Shown: positions 57,673-64,000 of the stretch, one piece after another
Position numbering within the stretch: the first letter of the stretch is position 1
How the letters are laid out: every line of letters begins with the position of its first letter
Source of the DNA: Octopus vulgaris
Taxonomy: Eukaryota
Direction: 5' to 3'
Assembly: GCA_951406725.2 (NCBI GenBank)
Contig: OX597822.1
Location: 22,940,001-23,004,000, forward strand
DNA: 64,000 nt
Position numbers and translations under genes: made by a program
Notes under the pieces: model-generated
Told to the model about the DNA's origin: nothing
Databases searched by the model: none
What the model saw: the letters and a program-made list of their open reading frames with translations, nothing else

Positions 57673-60600
57673 AGAATCACAGGTAGAATATTGATCAAGT
57701 GTAAAACATTAACCATTCCTCAACACAAAAATGTACATGCAATATTAAAATTCAGCTTTCTTAAAGACATACGAACAACATTTTAAACTTCCCCCATTAA
57801 CGTCATTGAAACTATTTTGATAAAATGGAAATAGAATTTAATATATAAAAGTAAACAACAACAACAACTTTTATCAGAAACAGCAAATATAATGATTAAC
57901 AAGCTTTAAGTAGAAGTCATGCAAATATACTACATTAATTTTGCATCTTTCATTTTCTAATTTATAAAATAAAATAAAAATTCTTGAAAGCCCACAAAAA
58001 GCTTCTTAAAAAAAATTTTTTAATTCACCAAGGTTATCTACCTAAATTACCTGCTAATTAACTAAATTAACTAACTACATACAGAAATAAATTGATCCAT
58101 GCTTTTGGTGATATAATGGGTTTGCATTTCCATTTTACTAAACATCAAATTTGCTCTGTGTAATAACTTCTCACCTCCAAAAACATTAGTTTTATTTTAT
58201 TCGAATATATACACACAATGCAGAAACATGAAGCACAAATAAACATTCCTTACAACATATAAAGCAATCATTATATGAAAGTTAATAGAAACAAACAACA
58301 ACAAAAATTCAAATGTAAGAGAAGAACAAAGAAACCCTCAAATTGCACAAACTCTTCCCTGTAGGCCCTGAGGTTCATGCAATGTAGAAGTGACTGCATG
58401 CATTATAAATAAAAATAACCCAAGCACCCAAATCAATAATTAACTCTCAGCATTTCTTTTACTTTATATAGAATTTAAAAAAAATATATATATGTTAAAA
58501 AAATTGCTAAAGTTATATTCTTTTTTTAGTAGATAACATGTAATTAAGTAATTTTGGTATTTTAACAAAAATAAATGATAGACTGAGAATTTATCATTGA
58601 ATTTAGAATATAATATATATATATATGCACACACACACACGTGTATATATGTGTGTGTATATATATATAAAATTTGTTGGTGCAAGAAGTATATAGATAT
58701 TTAATAGTCCAAAATAAATGATTTTTTTCAGAGTAATGGATCTTGAAGAAATTAAATTTAAACACGTATTTTGATCAAGGAGTTACCTCCCTCTACTACT
58801 TTTTATTTATACCAAATGAAATGGGTGACTTTATCTTTATTTAAATGGAGATCACACATTTTATTTCCTGCCCCTTAAGTATGGAAGATATAAAGAATTT
58901 AAAGGATTCTGGACATTACTAAAGTGAGAGTTGATAAATTTACTTACATTCATGAATTATAATTAATGGTTACTTTTACAGTGAAATTCTATAAGCCTAA
59001 ATTAAACTGATAGAAGTTTAAAATACTAAGCAAAGACCTTCAACCTGACCCACACATGTAAAAAAAAAAAAAAAAAATGCTTGATATGGATTCCCAAATC
59101 AATTTCACTCTTTTTGAAAGGAAATGTTCTTAGGCTTTGTGACTTAACAATTGTAAAATTTACTGTGTACTAGAACGATAGAAAAAAAAAAAGGTGATTT
59201 CTTTGCCATCACCATTTCATAATCTCTTTCCTTGTTTGCATGTGTTGGATGGGTCATCTTGGTCTCAGTCCCTACTTGAAGTTACTGGTCTTCTAGATGG
59301 ATCAGAGAACCATGTCTTTATAGATGTTTCACTCGGACATGGTTTGTAATGCTTCACATAATTCTTAACACTTTACAAGAGTGTACTGAGTGCTTTTATC
59401 GTGGGACCAGCACTAGCAATTTCTTTGAGATATATAAACATATATATCATCTCATCATCGTTTAACATCCACTGCACATGCTGGCATGAGTTGGGCGGTT
59501 TGCCAGGACCCAAGAAGTCTAAGGTCTACATCAAGCACCAGCGTCTGCTTTGCATGGTTTCTATGGCTGGATGCCTCTCCTAATGGATTTATCACTTTAG
59601 ACTGTACTGGGTGTTTTCTCATAACATGAGCAATTAGTGACGTTAACATGCAACTTGCAAGCCTAAGATCCCCTTCCACTCAGCAGGGCTACAGTAAAGA
59701 GGTAGGTTGATTTATGCTAGGGGATGAGAGGTTAGAGTATAAGAGAAAGGGCCATATAACCTGGCCCTCAACTGCACTCAAGGATGGCTTTGTATTATAT
59801 ATCGGACTTTCATTAATTCAGTTACCCATGCAGTTGTGAACAGATGCAGACACTCTTTTGTCTGCCCACCCTCGACCTAGTTGAATATCTTGAATGTTAC
59901 AACTGGAGAGAGAAAGCTGTAATGGCATTGTGGATGGTAGTTTATTTATTGACCCCAGAAGGGTGAAACAAAGTTGACCTTGCTGAAATTTGAACTCAGA
60001 CTATATAGAAAGCCAGAACAAATACTGCAAAGCATTCTATCCAATGCTCTAATAACTCTGCTAATCAGCTGCCTCACATATATATATTTTTTCTCTGTCT
60101 TTATTTTCACAGAATATTCGTACAAAGAACCCAGTATGTTCTGTAAAGTGGTTGGCATTAAGAAGGGCATCCAGCAGTAGAAACCATACTAAAACAGATA
60201 ATTTGAGCCTAGTTCAGCTCTCCAGCTTGTCAGTTCCTGTCAAAACTGTCCAATCCATGCCAGCATGGAAACAGGTGTTAAATGGTGATGATTATGATGA
60301 TTCTCATTGCAGCTCATAAAAGTAGTTTTGTCTTTATTGTAGAAACATCAGTAGGGTCAATAACAAAGGGCGTATAATATAATATAATATAATATAAACT
60401 ATTTGCATTGGTAAAAGGGATTATATATGTATTAAGGGCAAGCTTTAAAAAAAAAATGGTTTTAATTATTACCCCCATTGTCTTTGTTCTGATTTTTGTT
60501 ACAACTAGCATTTTATGGCTGAGAACAACGAATGCACAATATCAACATTTTTTAAGTCAACCAAACATACAATTTGATTGGAATGTTTTACAAATGAAAT

Positions 60601-61702
60601 TAAATATATGAAAAAAAAAAAAAAGGGAAAGAAAATTTTAAATCACAAGATCCATTTGCGGAAATAGCAGATAATGGATTGATTTTCTGAAATGTTAATA
60701 CAATCTAAAGCAGATTTGATATAAAAATAAATCAGTGTAGTTGTAGTAGTACATGCAATATCTACCGAAAGTAAAGTTTCCTTTGCAAGTGACAGACATA
60801 TCAACGTGAAAAGAAGAAATGGTAAAAACCTCCATGCAATTACTAGGAGTATCGTGCTTTTGATGAAGATCCACGTGAGATACTCTTAGCAGAAAAAAAG
60901 AAAAATATTTGCTGAAATAAATTTAGGAAATGATTGATGGAACAAAAGAAATGATTGCTAGAGGAAGAAAAAAATTCTTTGGTTTGCAGTGATATATATG
61001 GATATGTTAAATGGTAGTGTGGTGTTTATTATGGTGGTGCTGAGGTTAATCTTTTAATGAGTTATGAAGTTTTGATGAGGCCAAAACTTGGCACCAAATT
61101 GCATGATGCAGGTATTAAGTTAATGATAAAAAACAAAAAATTGTCGTAAGGTGCACTATATATATATATCTGTATGTGTGTGTGTGTATAGCATATTTGA
61201 TGAAGAACAATATTATTATTATTGTTAGTTGCAGGTTTTCAAAAGGTTAATCATTTGCGTCATTGAATTTCTGATGGTGAAAATGACAACTCGGTACAGA
61301 ACAAATACCACAAAGAATATTCTTATTCAAATGCATTTTTAATTTTAATTTTAATTGGTTAACCAACTGATTCTCCCGGAATGCAATAAAGTATGTATAT
61401 GCATTTATATCTATGACAGACTATCCTGTCAAAGATGACAAGTGAGTGTTCAGCCTTTGCTGAATGATTTGCACAAATGATTTGTTTATAGTGGTCAAAT
61501 GCATTTGCTGGACATTAACTTACTCCCTCCATCAAATTGATGTCTGAACATGCGGTGTACCACATGTTAGGTGTTGAAGTGATCACAAAGCAACATGAGA
61601 TGAAGCGTTTTGCTCAAGAACACAATGCATCACCTGGCCTAGGAATTGAAACCACAATTTCACGATCATGAATGCAACACCTTAACCACTAGGCCACATG
61701 TC

Positions 61703-61765
<63 letters not shown>

Positions 61766-63015
61766 AATACTTATATTACATAACTAGTAGAGTGTCAGTA
61801 AGTGTACACAAATATACACTCTTAACAATCTACTGGAGTTTTATATCTATTTCTTAACCAAGATCTGTCAAAGTCTGTTATTCAAATCCAATGAATTCTA
61901 ATAAGAAGTTTATCATAAAATCATTTCAGTCGTTGGATATAAATCCATTGACAGAAGGATTATTGAATATAAATCCAATCACGGAAGTATTAGAACTAAA
62001 TTCAATCACAGAAGTATTATTAAAACTAAATCCATTTGCTGAAGAATTATCCCCTATATTCTATCAATATACAATATGTCTTGTAAAAACTAAATAGAGC
62101 AAGCATCGTTTGGTACTCATTATCAGCTGAGTGGACTGGAGTGATGCAAAATGAAGTGTTTCACTGAAGAACATAATGTGTTGCCTGGTCTGGGAATTGA
62201 AATTACAGTCTTGTAATAGTAAAATCATTAGGCAGGTAGCGTCACTAAACACAACACTACAACTCTTGTATCAGCGACACCATTTTAATCCTATTCTGCA
62301 AATCTTTTGAGAAATAATACCTATTTTTGTCTAATTAACATCTAAATATTTTACTGTTTACTTGTTTCAGGCATTGGACTGTGGCCATGCTGGAGCACTA
62401 CCTTGATGGATTTAGTCAATAAAATTTACCCCAGTACTTCTTTTAAAGTTCGGAACTTATTTTACTGGTCTGTTTTGCTGAACTGCTAAGTTACATGAAC
62501 ATTAACATACCAACAGAAGTTGTTAAGCATTGGAGGAAAAACACCAAGACATATACACACACGATATTCCATACAGTTTCCATCTACCAAATTTATTTGA
62601 AAGGTATTGGTCAGTCTGAGTCTATAGAAGACATTTGCCTGAGGTGTCGTGCAATGGGATTGAACTTGAAGCCATGTGGTCGCAAAGCAAGCTTCTTAAA
62701 TTTTATTTTTTTACCACATAATTATAAAACACTCCAAATCGTGATATATTTATTCAGGTTTTGCTATATATGTTGTACCTAATATGGTTATTAGTTCTTT
62801 TTATAATCAAACTTTTTCTATAAAATGTTTCCATAAAAACAACTTTTAAAAAAATTAATTTGAAAACATTCCAACCTTGAATTTTAAATTGGTGCTTTTT
62901 TTTTTGTTTTGTTGTTGACTGCAAATTGGAGTATGATTGATAATGTGTTTACAAATTATATCTGTGTGTATAGCAATCATGGAGTTATTTACTATATAAA
63001 TACTGCTGATGAAGG

Positions 63016-63054
<39 letters not shown>

Positions 63055-63768
63055 CATACAGACATTCCATGTACAAAGCTTATTTATCATGCAATAAATG
63101 AACTAGAGTGTGTTCTGCTGAGCATAACAATAAACTAAAGCCACACTTTCTTGATTTAACCGCGAACATTTTCAAGTGCTCAAACAGTACAGTTTATCAA
63201 TAACAACGAAGGAATAAAATATTTGGCAGAAGGTTTTATCCACGGGTTTAAAAAAAATTTTTTTTGTCTAAATATCAACTAGACAACGTTAAATCAGTGA
63301 AATTTCTCAGCGTTATTGTTTTCATCACCAAAATCATTTTAATGTTCACTTTTTCATGCTTGCATGGGTCAATGAAATTTATTGAGGCAGATTTTCTATG
63401 GCCTGATGCCCTTCCTGTCACCAACCCTCACTTGTTTGCAAGTGAGGGATTATTTCCTATGACCAGACAAGCCTTTCATGGGAGGCTAGAAACAAACTAC
63501 ATTACATGTATGATAGTGTTGCCCATTTACAGCCATCAAATGTCAGGACAAGGGTACCCCCAAACACGCAACCATATATATATATATCATACAGACAGAA
63601 AAAACAATATTTTGAACACTGACAACTTTTTCCATCACATAAGGGTAAAACACCCAATTTTTCTGTTGTTTTCATGGTTATACTATGTCCAAAATATTAC
63701 TTTCTTGTCTGTATAATACGATACACATTTGACATTTCCAAAAACAAAAATAAGTCTGTTTACATATG

Positions 63769-63811
<43 letters not shown>

Positions 63812-64000
63812 TTATTGATGGACTTCTCTCAGTTTCCACACACAAGGCTTTGGTCAGCCTGGAGCTATAGCAGAAGACACTCACACAAGGTACTGTGCAG
63901 TGGGACCAAACCTGAGACCACATAACTGGGAAACAAGCTTCTTAGCCATGCAGCCAAAACCATTTGAATATATCCAAATGGATATCCTCAAATGTGAAGC

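Overview
Eukaryotic, AT-rich, microsatellite- and transposon-dense animal DNA; the SINE/RTE repeat landscape resembles Octopus (coleoid cephalopod), which is an inference. Two convergent spliced genes can be rebuilt by hand. On the + strand are the last seven coding exons of TMEM67/meckelin (2447-20797), all with GT-AG sites and matching phases. On the - strand is the 3' part of an MTSS1/MIM-family gene (exons 56035-55846, 39129-39001, 28518-27617) ending in a WH2-like helix. About 6.8 kb of almost transposon-free sequence separates the two stop codons and is probably a long 3' UTR. Introns hold decayed mariners, a 5'-truncated RTE LINE with many tail copies, at least four tRNA-derived SINE families, non-autonomous Helitrons, and piggyBac-like and Merlin-like MITEs. 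Most ORFs in the supplied track are repeat or microsatellite artefacts. No clear novel multi-gene system was found. The best leads are a frame-preserving 33-nt MTSS1 cassette exon, an ActA/zyxin-type EVH1 ligand next to the WH2, long intronic fold-backs (possible ADAR substrates), a locally templated insertion inside a mariner, and a tandem Helitron.
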